From assembly GCA_963728375.1 (NCBI GenBank), contig CAVSJL010000002.1, forward strand, positions 37,322-101,321: a stretch of DNA of 64,000 nucleotides, in the 5' to 3' direction. The notes beneath the pieces are model-generated. The model was not told the DNA's origin, did no database searches, and saw only the letters and a list, made by a program, of their open reading frames with translations. The translations under genes were made by a program, and so were the position numbers. Of this stretch, positions 7,313-17,175 are shown one piece after another; the first letter of the stretch is position 1; every line of letters begins with the position of its first letter. Source of the stretch: an uncultured Alphaproteobacteria bacterium. GTDB lineage: Bacteria > Pseudomonadota > Alphaproteobacteria > Sphingomonadales > Sphingomonadaceae.

Positions 7313-8986
7313 TCAATCGGGCGCGCGGGTTGCCTTCAGTTCCTGTCCGCCCTGGCGAATGACGAGGCCGGTGGCCTTTCCGTGGGCGTGCGTGAATTCG
7401 ACTTCGGCATCGACCCCGACCGCGGCGAAGCGCGCATCACCGACTGCGACAAGCGGCGTGGGCGACTGCGGACCGAAGGCGAGCGTCAACTGGCCTGCGT
7501 CGTTCACCGCCACGGTGATCGGGGCGGCCGCACTGGTGTAGCCGCCGGCGAAGGTGTCGAGCACCTCGCGAGGGAGGTCGATCGACGTCGTCTCGGGCAC
7601 CGGTCCACTGCGCAGTGCGCGCTCAGCCATTTCCTCGCCGTTCTGGTGCATCAGCATCGCGTAACCGTCGGCTTCGGGCACGATTTCGAACCAGTTCAAG
7701 CTATCCGGACCGTAGAAGAAGCGATTGCCGCCCGCCGCGAAGACCTCGCTATCGCCCGAGCCACTGCGGCGAGTGTACAGCTTCCCCTCGCGCATGTGGA
7801 ACAGCCGCGTGGCATCGCCGCCCTCGATAGCATAGACGCCGAACTTGGGCTCGAGCGCCGCCATGTCGGGCTCGGTCGCGGTGAATGTCGGGAACGGCTT
7901 GCCAATGGCCTCCGCTGCCAGTCGCAGCATCGGCGTTCCCGCCGGCTGGATGCCCCCGTCGGCATTGGTGAAGACCGCGACGAACACGTCGCGTTCGGGC
8001 AGATAGATCGCATTCGTGCCGAAGCCGAAGATTCCGCCGCTGTGGGTGACCGCAGGCAGTCCCTGCACAGTCGTCGCCGCAAGGCCGTAACCATAGGGCG
8101 CAGTGGTGCCGTCGTTGAGGGTCGAGGGGGCGATCATCTCCGCATAGAGCGGCGCCGAGACGACCTTTCCGTGGTGCAGCGCGTTCGACCACTTGGCGAG
8201 ATCGCCGACGGTTCCGATCAATGCGCCAGCCGCATGGGGCACGCTCATGTCGATCGCGCGAGATGGTTCGAACGTACCGTCGCCCTTGGGCGTGTAGCCC
8301 TGGGCGAAGGCGGGGACTTCGTCCTCCCCGACTCCATAGCGGATCGAGGTGAGGCCGAGCGGCTTGACGATCCGCTCATCGACCGCCTGCCACCACGGCT
8401 TGCCGGTGACCGCTTCGACGACTGCGCCCACGAGAACGTAGCCTGAGTTGTTGTAGCTCCACTTCTCGCCCGGCTCGAAATCGACCGGCTGGTCGCGGAA
8501 TTCGTCGATCATTTCGGTGGTGGTGTGCCGGGTCGCGACCTTGTCGCTTGCCATCCAGCCCGGGATGCTCGTGTATGATTTGATGCCGGAAGTGTGGTTT
8601 AGCAGCTGGCGCACTGTCGCATGTGCGCCGGGCTCCGGGAAGCCGGGGACGAATTTCGACAGCGGGTCGTCGAGCGACAGTTTGCCCTCCTCGACGAGTT
8701 GCAGGACCACCGCGGCGGCGAACTGCTTGGTGATCGAGCCGAGGCGGAAGACGGTGTCGGGGCTGATCGGCTTGCCGCCCGCGATGTCCGCCATGCCGGA
8801 TGAGCCGACGTAGACGATCTTGCCGTCCTCGGTAACGATCGCGGCGGCGCCGGGTCCGCTGCCGGGATACGCAGTATCGAAGATCGCTTCGGCTTTAGCG
8901 GCGTAGTCTGGCGCGACCGCGTAGGCCGGAGCGGACAGGACGACCAGCGCGGCCGCACCGGTATTAAGCAGTAACTTCAGTCTCAT
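7313..8986 (-). CDS. secreted serine hydrolase (beta-lactamase / class C-like family)
   Basis: 557 aa, with a signal peptide (MRLKLLLNTGAAALVVLSAPAYA), an SxxK motif (GSITKQF) and YNNSGY. Confidence 0.85.
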   Translation of the reverse strand: MRLKLLLNTGAAALVVLSAPAYAVAPDYAAKAEAIFDTAYPGSGPGAAAIVTEDGKIVYVGSSGMADIAGGKPISPDTVFRLGSITKQFAAAVVLQLVEEGKLSLDDPLSKFVPGFPEPGAHATVRQLLNHTSGIKSYTSIPGWMASDKVATRHTTTEMIDEFRDQPVDFEPGEKWSYNNSGYVLVGAVVEAVTGKPWWQAVDERIVKPLGLTSIRYGVGEDEVPAFAQGYTPKGDGTFEPSRAIDMSVPHAAGALIGTVGDLAKWSNALHHGKVVSAPLYAEMIAPSTLNDGTTAPYGYGLAATTVQGLPAVTHSGGIFGFGTNAIYLPERDVFVAVFTNADGGIQPAGTPMLRLAAEAIGKPFPTFTATEPDMAALEPKFGVYAIEGGDATRLFHMREGKLYTRRSGSGDSEVFAAGGNRFFYGPDSLNWFEIVPEADGYAMLMHQNGEEMAERALRSGPVPETTSIDLPREVLDTFAGGYTSAAAPITVAVNDAGQLTLAFGPQSPTPLVAVGDARFAAVGVDAEVEFTHAHGKATGLVIRQGGQELKATRAPD

Positions 8987-8994
8987 CGAACAGC

Positions 8995-9031
8995 TCTCCG
9001 CAGTGTGTTGTCCGACTAATACACTGCGGAG
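8995..9031 (-). terminator. 11-bp stem hairpin between the VIT gene stop and the hydrolase start
   Basis: CTCCGCAGTGT ... ACACTGCGGAG with a 15-nt loop. The function (terminator or regulatory) is not resolved. Confidence 0.4.
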
Positions 9032-9055
9032 ACGACGTCAAGCTTCCGCGTGCCC

Positions 9056-9754
9056 TCAGGCCACCGCGGTTCCGAACAGCTTGCCGACACCGGCGGTGAC
9101 CGCCATCGCCAGCGCGCCCCAGAAAACGACCCGCACGACCGCCTTTCCGACGGGTGCCGCCCCTGCGCGCGCGCCGAGATACCCGAGCAGCGCCAACGCG
9201 AGCAGCGAAGCCCCGACCACGGCAATTGAAAGCGACGCCAGCGGCAGGGCGAGCACAACGAGGAGCGGCAACGCTGCCCCGGCGGTGAACGTCGCCGCCG
9301 AGGCGACCGCGGCCTGCAGTGGACGCGCCGTCGTCGCTTCCGAAATGCCCAGCTCGTCGCGCGCGTGTGCCGCCAGGATGTCTCCGGCGCTGAGCTGGAC
9401 GGCGACCTTGCGCGCCAGCTCGGGATCGAGCCCGCGCGCCACGTAGATACCGGTCAGTTCCTCGAGCTCGGCTTCGGGCTGGGACGCCAGTTCACCCTTT
9501 TCACGGGCCAGATCGGCGTTCTCCGTGTCGGCCTGCGAACTGACCGAGACGTATTCGCCTGCGGCCATCGAAAGCGCACCCGCCGCGAGACCCGCGAAGC
9601 CGGCCAGCAGCACCTCCGGCTTGCCCGCCGCGGCCGCGGCGACCCCGACGATCAGGCTCGCAGTCGAGACGATCCCGTCGTTCGCGCCCAGCACCGCGGC
9701 ACGCAGCCAGCCGATGCGGGCGATCGAGTGATTTTCATCGTGCGGTCGGGCCAT
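9056..9754 (-). CDS. VIT1/CCC1-family iron/manganese transporter
   Basis: Inner ATG of ORF 9056..9811. Sequence: MARPHDENHSIARIGWLRAAVLGANDGIVSTASLIVGVAAA...AAGEYVSVSSQ. Confidence 0.8.
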   Translation of the reverse strand: MARPHDENHSIARIGWLRAAVLGANDGIVSTASLIVGVAAAAAGKPEVLLAGFAGLAAGALSMAAGEYVSVSSQADTENADLAREKGELASQPEAELEELTGIYVARGLDPELARKVAVQLSAGDILAAHARDELGISEATTARPLQAAVASAATFTAGAALPLLVVLALPLASLSIAVVGASLLALALLGYLGARAGAAPVGKAVVRVVFWGALAMAVTAGVGKLFGTAVA

Positions 9755-9782
9755 TCGTTTCCTTCCGGCGCGACCCGGTCGA

Positions 9783-11366
9783 TCAAGGAACGAGCACCGT
9801 ATCGCGCGCAACCGGATCAGTCTCCGGATAATCGAGAATGAAGTGCAGCCCGCGGCTTTCGTGCCTGCGCAGCGCGCTGCGGACGATCAGGTCGGCACAC
9901 TGATGGAGATTGCGCAGTTCGATGAGGTCAGTGGTTACACGGAAGGAGCCGTAATAGTCCTCGATCTCCTGCGCCAGGTTCGCGATGCGGTGCGCCGCCC
10001 GCTCGAGCCGCTTGGTGGTGCGCACGATGCCGACGTAGTTCCACATGAACCGGCGGATCTCGGTCCAGTTCTGCTTGATGACGACCTCCTCGTCGGAATC
10101 GGTCACGCGGCTTTCGTCCCACTCGCGGATGGGCGGCGGATCGTTCATCTCGTCCCATGCAGCGAGGATATCCTTGGCCGCCGCCTCGCCGAACACGAAG
10201 CATTCGAGCAGCGAGTTCGAGGCGAGGCGGTTCGCACCGTGCAGTCCGCTCTCGGTCACCTCGCCCGCCGCCCACAGGCCGGGCAGGTCGGTGCGTGCAT
10301 CGAGCCCAATCAGCACCCCGCCGCAGGTATAGTGCTGCGCGGGCACGACCGGGATCGGCTCCTTCGTCATGTCGATGCCGAGGCCGGTCAGTTTCTCGTC
10401 GATGTTGGGGAAGTGCTCGCGCACGAACTCGGCTGGCTGGTGACTGATGTCGAGGTGGACATAGTCGAGGCCGTAGCGCTTGATCTGGTCGTCGTTCGCC
10501 CTTGCCACGATATCACGGGGCGCAAGCTCCATGCGCTCGGGGTCGTACTTCGCCATGTACCGCTCGCCGGTGGTCGGATTGACCAGCCACCCGCCCTCGC
10601 CGCGCACAGCCTCGGTGATGAGGAAGTTCTTGACCTCAAGGTTGTAGAGGCAGGTCGGGTGGAACTGCATCATCTCCATGTTGGAAACGCGTGCGCCCGC
10701 TCGCCAGGCCATCGCGATGCCGTCCCCGGTCGCGCCGCGCGGTGCGGTCGAGAACTGGTAAACGCGCCCTGCCCCGCCCGTCGCCAGGACCGTCGCGCGA
10801 GCGACGTGCGCCTCCACCTTCCCGGTCGCCTCGTCCAGCGCATAGACACCCCACACGCGGCCCGATCCCGAATACTTCTCGGCGTTGCGCCCGGTGATGA
10901 GGTCGATGCACGCCCGACCAGGCAGCATCGTTATATTGTCGTTCGCTTCTGCAGCCTTGAGCAGCGCTTCCTGCACGGCCCATCCGGTCGCGTCGTCGAC
11001 GTGAACGATCCGGCGATGGCTGTGTCCGCCTTCGCGGGTGAGGTGAAGGGTGTCCCTGTCCTTGTTGAACGGCACGCCGAGTTCGATCAGCCGGTCGATC
11101 GAGGTCGGCGCGTTCTCGATCACGAACTCGACCGTCTCGCGCCGATTAAGTCCCGCACCGGCAATCATCGTGTCACGGATGTGGTTGTCGAACGTGTCCC
11201 CCGCGTCGAGCACCGCCGCGATCCCGCCTTGTGCCCAGGCGGTCGAACCGCCGGTGAGGGTGCCCTTGGCCAGCACGAGGACCTTGCGCTGCTCGGCCAG
11301 CGCCAGCGCGGCGGTGAGACCGGCGGCGCCTGAGCCGATGACGATGACGTCGTGAGAGGCAGTCAT
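9783..11366 (-). CDS. nadB: L-aspartate oxidase
   Basis: Inner ATG of ORF 9783..11756, 528 aa. Motifs: MTASHDVIVIGSGAAGLTAAL (FAD fold), STAWAQGGIAA, HYTCGGV, GANRLASNSLLE. Confidence 0.92.
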   Translation of the reverse strand: MTASHDVIVIGSGAAGLTAALALAEQRKVLVLAKGTLTGGSTAWAQGGIAAVLDAGDTFDNHIRDTMIAGAGLNRRETVEFVIENAPTSIDRLIELGVPFNKDRDTLHLTREGGHSHRRIVHVDDATGWAVQEALLKAAEANDNITMLPGRACIDLITGRNAEKYSGSGRVWGVYALDEATGKVEAHVARATVLATGGAGRVYQFSTAPRGATGDGIAMAWRAGARVSNMEMMQFHPTCLYNLEVKNFLITEAVRGEGGWLVNPTTGERYMAKYDPERMELAPRDIVARANDDQIKRYGLDYVHLDISHQPAEFVREHFPNIDEKLTGLGIDMTKEPIPVVPAQHYTCGGVLIGLDARTDLPGLWAAGEVTESGLHGANRLASNSLLECFVFGEAAAKDILAAWDEMNDPPPIREWDESRVTDSDEEVVIKQNWTEIRRFMWNYVGIVRTTKRLERAAHRIANLAQEIEDYYGSFRVTTDLIELRNLHQCADLIVRSALRRHESRGLHFILDYPETDPVARDTVLVP

Positions 11367-11454
11367 CCGGGCGTCATGGCGTTTGCGGCGAAATGCGGCA
11401 AGCGCTTGTGAACTCGGTCTCGATGCCGCAGGCACACGGGACGGAGGTGCCCGA

Positions 11455-12353
11455 ATGCGACTTGTGACGATCCTTGCTGCTACTCTGCTTGCCTTTCTGA
11501 CGGGTGCTCCCGCCTTTGCCGCCTGCTCCCTCGGCACGCCCGGCCAGACGGTCGAGGTTGCGATCGGCGGCACCGGGCGCTCGGTCCAATTACATCGGCC
11601 AGCCGGCGACGCGAGCGGGCGCCTGCCGCTGGTGATGCTGTTCCACGGCAGCGGCGGGACCGCGACGGCCATGCTGCGCGATTCGAAGCTCGAGGCGACT
11701 GCGGATGCGCATGGTTTCGTGCTCGTCGCTGCAAACGCCGGCATTCCGTTCGACAACGGCTATGCATGGAACATTCCCGGCGTGCCGACGATCGCCGGCA
11801 CGATCCCGACCGCCGAAGATGCCGACGACGTCGCGTTCGTGGGCGACGACAATCGACTTTCTCGCCACGAAGGGTTGCGTCGATCGGAAGCGGGTCTACG
11901 CCACCGGCCTCTCAGGCGGGGGGCGGATGACCTCTTGGCTCGGCTGCGTTTCGGCGGACCGATTCGCAGCGATTGCGCCGGTCGTCGGTCTGCGGGCGGG
12001 CAATCCCTCGAAAATCGAACCTTCGAAGCCCGATCCGGCGACATGCCGACCATCGCCGCCCGATGCCAGTGATGGCGTTCGCCGGCGAGGCCGACAACAC
12101 CAACCCGGTGGCGGGCGGCGGCGCGGGCTACTGGCAATATTCGATGCTCGCCGGGATGACGCGATGGGCCGAACTCGACGGTTGCCGCAAGGGGCCCGTC
12201 GCCCATGCGCTCGGCCCGGTTCGTTGGGAGTACCGCTGGAGGAACTGCAACCAGGGAGCTGAGGTGATCGGCCACCTGGTGACCGGAGCCGGCCACTCGT
12301 GGGTAGCCGACAATGAATTGCTGTGGGCCTTCTTCGCGGGGCACTCGCGCTGA
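11455..12353 (+). pseudogene. secreted PHB-depolymerase-family esterase (LpqC-like); two apparent frameshifts (~11840, ~12045)
   Basis: The gene is split over three overlapping ORFs (11383.., 11705.., 11973..): signal peptide MRLVTILAATLLAFLTGAPAFA, then LVMLFHGSGG, then VYATGLSGGGRMT (GxSxG), then PVMAFAGEADNTNP ... HSW. Confidence 0.7.
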
Positions 12354-12475
12354 ATCGGCACCTGGCGTCGGAGCGTGCGAAGAAAACCACGGTTCGCCGA
12401 TTCACCGTTTACCAGCTTCGCCTGCTCGCTAGCCTCTGTTGCGCAGGGGATAAGACGGGAAGGGTCGCAAGACTT

Positions 12476-12664
12476 ATGAAAATCGCACAGATCGCGTGCG
12501 CGCTCGGTCGGCATAGCGTCGACTTGAGCAGGGTTCGGCGCATTCACGGCGGACAGGTCAGCCGCTGCAAGCACTGCTCGACATCGATGGAAGAGAGCAC
12601 GCCGCAACATTGGACCGTGCAGTACGTGCGCGATGCGGGCCTCAGCGGGCGCTTTCTCAACTGA
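12476..12664 (+). CDS. small hypothetical protein (62 aa) with a possible Cys/His ribbon
   Basis: Inner ATG of ORF 12323..12664, in a locally lower-GC spacer. Sequence: MKIAQIACALGRHSVDLSRVRRIHGGQVSRCKHCSTSMEE... No strong RBS. Confidence 0.3.
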   Translation: MKIAQIACALGRHSVDLSRVRRIHGGQVSRCKHCSTSMEESTPQHWTVQYVRDAGLSGRFLN

Positions 12665-12763
12665 TCGGCTGCGTCCCACTACGCAAGACCGTCACCCAGT
12701 GCCCGGCGTCTACCGCCCTGCGCCCGCAGGAGTGGTAGACGCCGGGCGGTTTTCGCGGGCGGG

Positions 12764-13702
12764 TCAAGCCGCGTTGCTGGTGAGGCTGACGAACACGTCT
12801 TCCAAGTCGGCCTCGCGAGTCGTCACGTCCTCGATCACGAAGCCCTGGTCCTGCACCAGCGCGAGCACCTGGCCGGCGGTGATCTTGTCCTTGTCGTACG
12901 TAATCTCGACCGTCCGATCGCCCTTCTTCTCGCTGCGTTTGAAGGCGGCGTGGACAGGCGGCGCGGCAAGGTCGCGGTCGACCGTCACCTCGACCACCTT
13001 CTCGGCCATCATACCGAGCATCTCGCGGGTCGGCTTGTTGGCGATCAGTTCGCCGTGGTTGATGATCGCGATCCGGTCGCAGAGCTGCTCGGCTTCCTCG
13101 AGGTAGTGCGTTGTCAGCACGACCGTCACGCCTTCGCGGTTCAGCCGGGTGACGAGTTCCCACAGCTGGCGGCGCAACTCGACGTCGACGCCCGCGGTCG
13201 GCTCGTCGAGGACGAGGATCGGCGGGGCATGGACCATCGCCTTGGCAACCAGCAAGCGCCGTTTCATGCCGCCCGACAGCGTGCGCGCATAGGCGTTTCG
13301 CTTGTCGCTGAGGCGCACTGCCTCGAGCAGTTCCTCCGATCGGCGATCCCTTTTCGGCACGCCGTAGAAACCGGCCTGGTTCTCCAGCACCTCGAACGGG
13401 GTGAAGAACGGGTCGAACACGATTTCCTGCGGCACGATCCCGATTGAGCGCTTCGCGTTGCGCGGATTGGCGTCGATGTCGAAGCCCCAGATCTCGGCAT
13501 GGCCGCTTGTCTTCATCACCAGCCCGGCAAGAATGTTGATGAGCGTCGACTTCCCCGCGCCGTTCGGCCCCAGCAGGCCGAAGATCTCGCCCTGCGGCAC
13601 ATCGAAACTGACGCCCTTGAGGGCAAGCTTGCCCTCCTCGCCCTTCTCGCCGGCGTAGCGTTTGACAAGGTTGTCGATGCGGATCGCAGGGAGATTGGTC
13701 AT
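12764..13702 (-). CDS. ABC transporter ATP-binding protein (ABC-2 / DrrA-type), with no adjacent permease
   Basis: Inner ATG of ORF 12764..14011, 312 aa. Walker [10 protein letters not shown], signature LSGGMKRRL, Walker [13 protein letters not shown]. Confidence 0.88.
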   Translation of the reverse strand: MTNLPAIRIDNLVKRYAGEKGEEGKLALKGVSFDVPQGEIFGLLGPNGAGKSTLINILAGLVMKTSGHAEIWGFDIDANPRNAKRSIGIVPQEIVFDPFFTPFEVLENQAGFYGVPKRDRRSEELLEAVRLSDKRNAYARTLSGGMKRRLLVAKAMVHAPPILVLDEPTAGVDVELRRQLWELVTRLNREGVTVVLTTHYLEEAEQLCDRIAIINHGELIANKPTREMLGMMAEKVVEVTVDRDLAAPPVHAAFKRSEKKGDRTVEITYDKDKITAGQVLALVQDQGFVIEDVTTREADLEDVFVSLTSNAA

Positions 13703-13794
13703 GCGGGCCCAAGTACTGGCGTTGCCTGCCGCCCGCAACAGCGGGTGCACAGAGCCGTTGCAGCGTCGCCTCCAACCGATTATCGGCTCATCAT

Positions 13795-14055
13795 ATGAGC
13801 ATTCCGCCGCCCGAATTGAGCAAGGTGACCTCGACCCGCGTGTGGTGCGACGGCGCGACCGACATCCGCAGCGGCCTGAATTACCGCCCCGCCGCGCTCG
13901 GCCATCCGAAGGTCTGGCTCGAAATCGACGAGCACGGTTACGTCGATTGCGGGTATTGCGACCGGCGCTTCGTGCTTGAAGGTGGTCCTGCCGACGGCGT
14001 CGACCAGGCAAGTCTGCCCGACATTTCCGAGGGCGGGGACCCGGGCTACCGCTAG
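13795..14055 (+). CDS. zinc-finger (zf-CHCC, NDUFS6-like) protein
   Basis: 86 aa: ...VWCDGA...[23 protein letters not shown]. Confidence 0.8.
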   Translation: MSIPPPELSKVTSTRVWCDGATDIRSGLNYRPAALGHPKVWLEIDEHGYVDCGYCDRRFVLEGGPADGVDQASLPDISEGGDPGYR

Positions 14056-14097
14056 CGCGGGCTGGCGGAAACGCGCCCGAGCGCCCATATCGGAGGC

Positions 14098-15522
14098 ATG
14101 ACAGCCACCGATCCGCACGCCCTGCTCTACGCTCCCGGCAAGCTCGACCCCGACGAGGCCAAGGCGCTTGCGGCCGCGACGCTGGCGAACTGCGAGGACG
14201 GCGAGCTCTACCTCCAGTTCATGGCGAGCGAATCGTTCGTCTTCGACGACGGACGGTTGAAGACATGCGACTATTCGCGCGATGCCGGCTTCGGCCTGCG
14301 CGGGGTTTCGGGCGAGATGACCGGGTTCGCCCATGCGAGCGAGATCAGCGCCGCCGCGATCCGCCGCGCGGGCGAGACGCTTCGGCTGCTCGACCCAGCG
14401 AAGAACGCGCTCGCCGCGCCGCCCCCGCGGTCGAACCGACACCTCTACACCGACGAAAGCCCGCTCGACGCAATTCCCATCGAGAAGAAGATCCGGCTGC
14501 TCGAGGAAATCGACGCAGCCGCCCGCGCGCGTGATCCGCGCGTGGTGCAGGCGACCGCGAGCCTGTCGGGCAGCTGGAGCGCGATCGAGATCGTCCGCCC
14601 CGATGGCTTCGTCGCTCGCGACGTGCGACCGCTCGTTCGCCTGAATGTCTCGGTCGTCGCCGAGGCGAACGGACGACGCGAGACCGGCAGCTTCGGCTTC
14701 GGCGGGCGCTACCTCTACGACGAGCTGTTCGAACTCGCGAGCTGGCGCCGCGCGGTGGATGCGGCGGTCGACCAGGCCCTGACCAACCTCGGCAGCGTGC
14801 CCGCGCCGGCTGGCGAGATGACCGTGCTGCTCGGTCCGGGGTGGCCCGGCGTGCTGCTGCACGAAGCGGTCGGCCACGGGCTCGAAGGCGATTTCAATCG
14901 AAAGGGCACCAGCGCGTTCTCAGGCCGGATCGGCCAGCGTGTCGCTTCACCCGGCGTCACCGTGGTCGACGACGGCAGCATCGCGCACCGGCGCGGCTCC
15001 CTCTCGATCGACGACGAGGGCACCCCGACGCAGGAGACCGTGCTGATCGAGGACGGCGTTCTCAAAGGCTATATGCAGGACCGCATGAACGCGCGGCTGA
15101 TGGGTGTTGCGCCCACCGGCAACGGCCGCCGCGAGAACTACGCCCACGCACCCATGCCGCGGATGACCAACACCTTCATGCGCAGCGGCGAGGACGATCC
15201 GGCCGAGCTGCTGTCCCGCGTCAAGAAGGGTATCTTTGCCAAGAGCTTCGGCGGCGGACAGGTGGACATCGTCAGCGGGAAGTTCACGTTCAGCTGCACC
15301 GAGGCCTACCTGGTCGAGGACGGCAAGCTTGGTGCACCGATCAAGGGCGCGACGCTGATCGGCGACGGGCCGAGCGTGCTCACGAAGGTGACCGGCATCG
15401 GGAACGACCTTGCTCTCGACGAAGGTGTGGGGATGTGCGGCAAGGGCGGGCAGTCGATACCCGCGGGGGTCGGCCAGCCCACTTTGCTGGTCTCCGGATT
15501 GACGGTAGGAGGAACCGCTTGA
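14098..15522 (+). CDS. tldD: metalloprotease TldD
   Basis: 474 aa, with the HEAVGHGLEGD motif and C-terminal GMCGKGGQSIPAGVGQPTLL. Confidence 0.93.
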   Translation: MTATDPHALLYAPGKLDPDEAKALAAATLANCEDGELYLQFMASESFVFDDGRLKTCDYSRDAGFGLRGVSGEMTGFAHASEISAAAIRRAGETLRLLDPAKNALAAPPPRSNRHLYTDESPLDAIPIEKKIRLLEEIDAAARARDPRVVQATASLSGSWSAIEIVRPDGFVARDVRPLVRLNVSVVAEANGRRETGSFGFGGRYLYDELFELASWRRAVDAAVDQALTNLGSVPAPAGEMTVLLGPGWPGVLLHEAVGHGLEGDFNRKGTSAFSGRIGQRVASPGVTVVDDGSIAHRRGSLSIDDEGTPTQETVLIEDGVLKGYMQDRMNARLMGVAPTGNGRRENYAHAPMPRMTNTFMRSGEDDPAELLSRVKKGIFAKSFGGGQVDIVSGKFTFSCTEAYLVEDGKLGAPIKGATLIGDGPSVLTKVTGIGNDLALDEGVGMCGKGGQSIPAGVGQPTLLVSGLTVGGTA

Positions 15523-15567
15523 CGATAGTCAGCCTCGGTTCAGCGCAATCGTGATAAAGTGAAAGCT

Positions 15568-15979
15568 ATGAAACCGACAATGAAACAACTCGCGATCCTC
15601 GCTGCGCCGCTGGTAGCCATGCTCGCTGTTCCGGCTGCTGCCGACGACCGCGCTCCGGCTGGCGAGAAGGAACTGGCGCAGCTTCTCGAGGGGCGTGTGG
15701 CCGGTGAGCCGGTCAACTGCATTCGCGAAAGCGCCACCGAACTCGGTCCAGATCGTCGACGGGACTGCGATGGTCTTCCGTCGCGGCAGCACCCTCTACG
15801 TCAACCGCCCTGACGGTGCGCAGACGCTCGATTACTGGGACCTGCCGGTGTTCGAGAAATGGGGCGGAAGCGGCCTCTGCCAGCTCGATCACGTCTCGTT
15901 GTACGATCGGGGATCCCGCATTCCCGGACCGGTCCTGTTTCTTGCAGAATTCGTGCCCTACACCAAACCCGCCCGCTAA
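15568..15979 (+). pseudogene. small secreted protein, paralog 1 of a tandem pair; apparent frameshift ~15740
   Basis: ORF 15559.. gives a signal peptide plus EKELAQLLEGRVAGEPVNCIRESAT. ORF 15695.. gives SVQIVDGTAMVFRRGSTLYVNRPDG...FLAEFVPYTKPAR. Together they are collinear with the intact neighbour at 15990..16391. Confidence 0.65.
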
Positions 15980-15989
15980 GGAGACTTCC

Positions 15990-16391
15990 ATGCGACCCCC
16001 GTTCCGTATCATTGCTGTCGCCGCCGCAGCCGCGCTCGTCGCCGGCGGTACCCCCGCGATCGCGGGTGAGCGACTGACCGGCGAGGAAAAACTGGCCAAG
16101 ATGCTCGAAGGCCGGGTCGCTGGCGAACCGCAGAGCTGCATCAACACCTTCATGAACCGCTCCTCGACGGTGATCGACAAGACCGCCGTGGTCTATGGCT
16201 CCGGTCGGACGATCTGGGTCAATCGACCGGTCGATCCTGACAGTCTGAGCCAGTGGGATGCGTTACTGGTTCGCCAGTACGGCACGCAGCTGTGCCGTCA
16301 GGACATCGTGACGACGTTCGATACCTCGTCGGGGATGTACAGCGGCAATGTCTTCCTGACCGAGTTCGTCCCTTACACCCGCGTCGATTGA
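15990..16391 (+). CDS. small secreted protein, paralog 2 (conserved hypothetical)
   Basis: Inner ATG of ORF 15816..16391 with an AAGGAG RBS. Sequence: MRPPFRIIAVAAAAALVAGG...EKLAKMLEGRVAGEPQSCIN...FLTEFVPYTRVD. Confidence 0.75.
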   Translation: MRPPFRIIAVAAAAALVAGGTPAIAGERLTGEEKLAKMLEGRVAGEPQSCINTFMNRSSTVIDKTAVVYGSGRTIWVNRPVDPDSLSQWDALLVRQYGTQLCRQDIVTTFDTSSGMYSGNVFLTEFVPYTRVD

Positions 16392-16555
16392 TCGCCTCCG
16401 CCGTCCAGTGCTTTGCGCCGGGTGGACGGAGATCTCTGCCCGTACCGGCCAATCCGGCGGCTCTTGCGCGATGATCGCTTGCTTCACGCGCTTTCCCACC
16501 GCGACGCATTCGTTTCCCCCGCAAGCCGCCGTCGCGGCAGGCAACGCGTAGTAGT

Positions 16556-17023
16556 CTACTTCATATCGCTCAACTGACCGCGGATCGCGCCGTTGGGATA
16601 GGCCGCCGTGTGGACGTTGACGTAGAAATCTGCAGGGTTCCCCTGCAGGCGGTTCTGGGTCCACTCCTTCCCGTCCTTGCAGCCCTGCCAGCGCCCTTCG
16701 TTCGACTTGGTCAGGGTGGCAACACCGGCGGTCCGTTGGTGCCCGGCACGACCATGATGGATGTGCGCCGCAGTAATCGTGTCGAGCCCGCGCAGGTCCT
16801 TGATCTCGTAGCAGACCTGACCGAACGCGTCGGTAATCGAAACTTCGGCGCGGCCATAACCGTCGGGGTCGCCGCCGCCCACCTCGTTCGCGCCGGTCAA
16901 AACCGTGTGATAAGTGTCCGACGTCGCGTCGACGGCTTCTTCCTCGAGGGTGGCACAGCCTGCCAGCGCGACCGATCCGGCGAGCGCGGCAAGCGCGAGT
17001 AGCGGTGTCTTGTTGGTCATCAT
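16556..17023 (-). CDS. CHRD-domain lipoprotein
   Basis: Inner ATG of ORF 16556..17209 with a GGAGAGG RBS. It has the lipobox LALAGC, ITAAHIHHG and VNVHTAAYPNGAIRGQL. Confidence 0.8.
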   Translation of the reverse strand: MMTNKTPLLALAALAGSVALAGCATLEEEAVDATSDTYHTVLTGANEVGGGDPDGYGRAEVSITDAFGQVCYEIKDLRGLDTITAAHIHHGRAGHQRTAGVATLTKSNEGRWQGCKDGKEWTQNRLQGNPADFYVNVHTAAYPNGAIRGQLSDMK

Positions 17024-17079
17024 TCGACCTCTCCTGTCGTGGGTAATCGGCCGATCCACCTCACGGCTGATGTCCGGGT

Positions 17080-17105
17080 AACGGGCGGCGCGGCGAGTCC
17101 GTTCC
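17080..17105 (-). promoter_or_regulatory. sigma-EcfG (general stress) type promoter, perfect GGAAC-N17-CGTT
   Basis: The minus strand reads GGAAC GGACTCGCCGCGCCGCC CGTT. The -10 element ends 56 nt upstream of the CHRD gene start. Confidence 0.55.
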
Positions 17106-17175
17106 GGGCGCAAGATTGACGCGCCTGTCGCCCGCGCGCATCTCGGCGAGGCAGTGAATGAACGGGAGAGTACGA

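Noticed and set aside
15511-15540. A GGAAC element upstream of the secreted paralog pair, as a further EcfG promoter
   Set aside because: The nearest CGGTT lies 20 nt downstream, so the spacing is wrong, and there is no CGTT at 16-17 nt.
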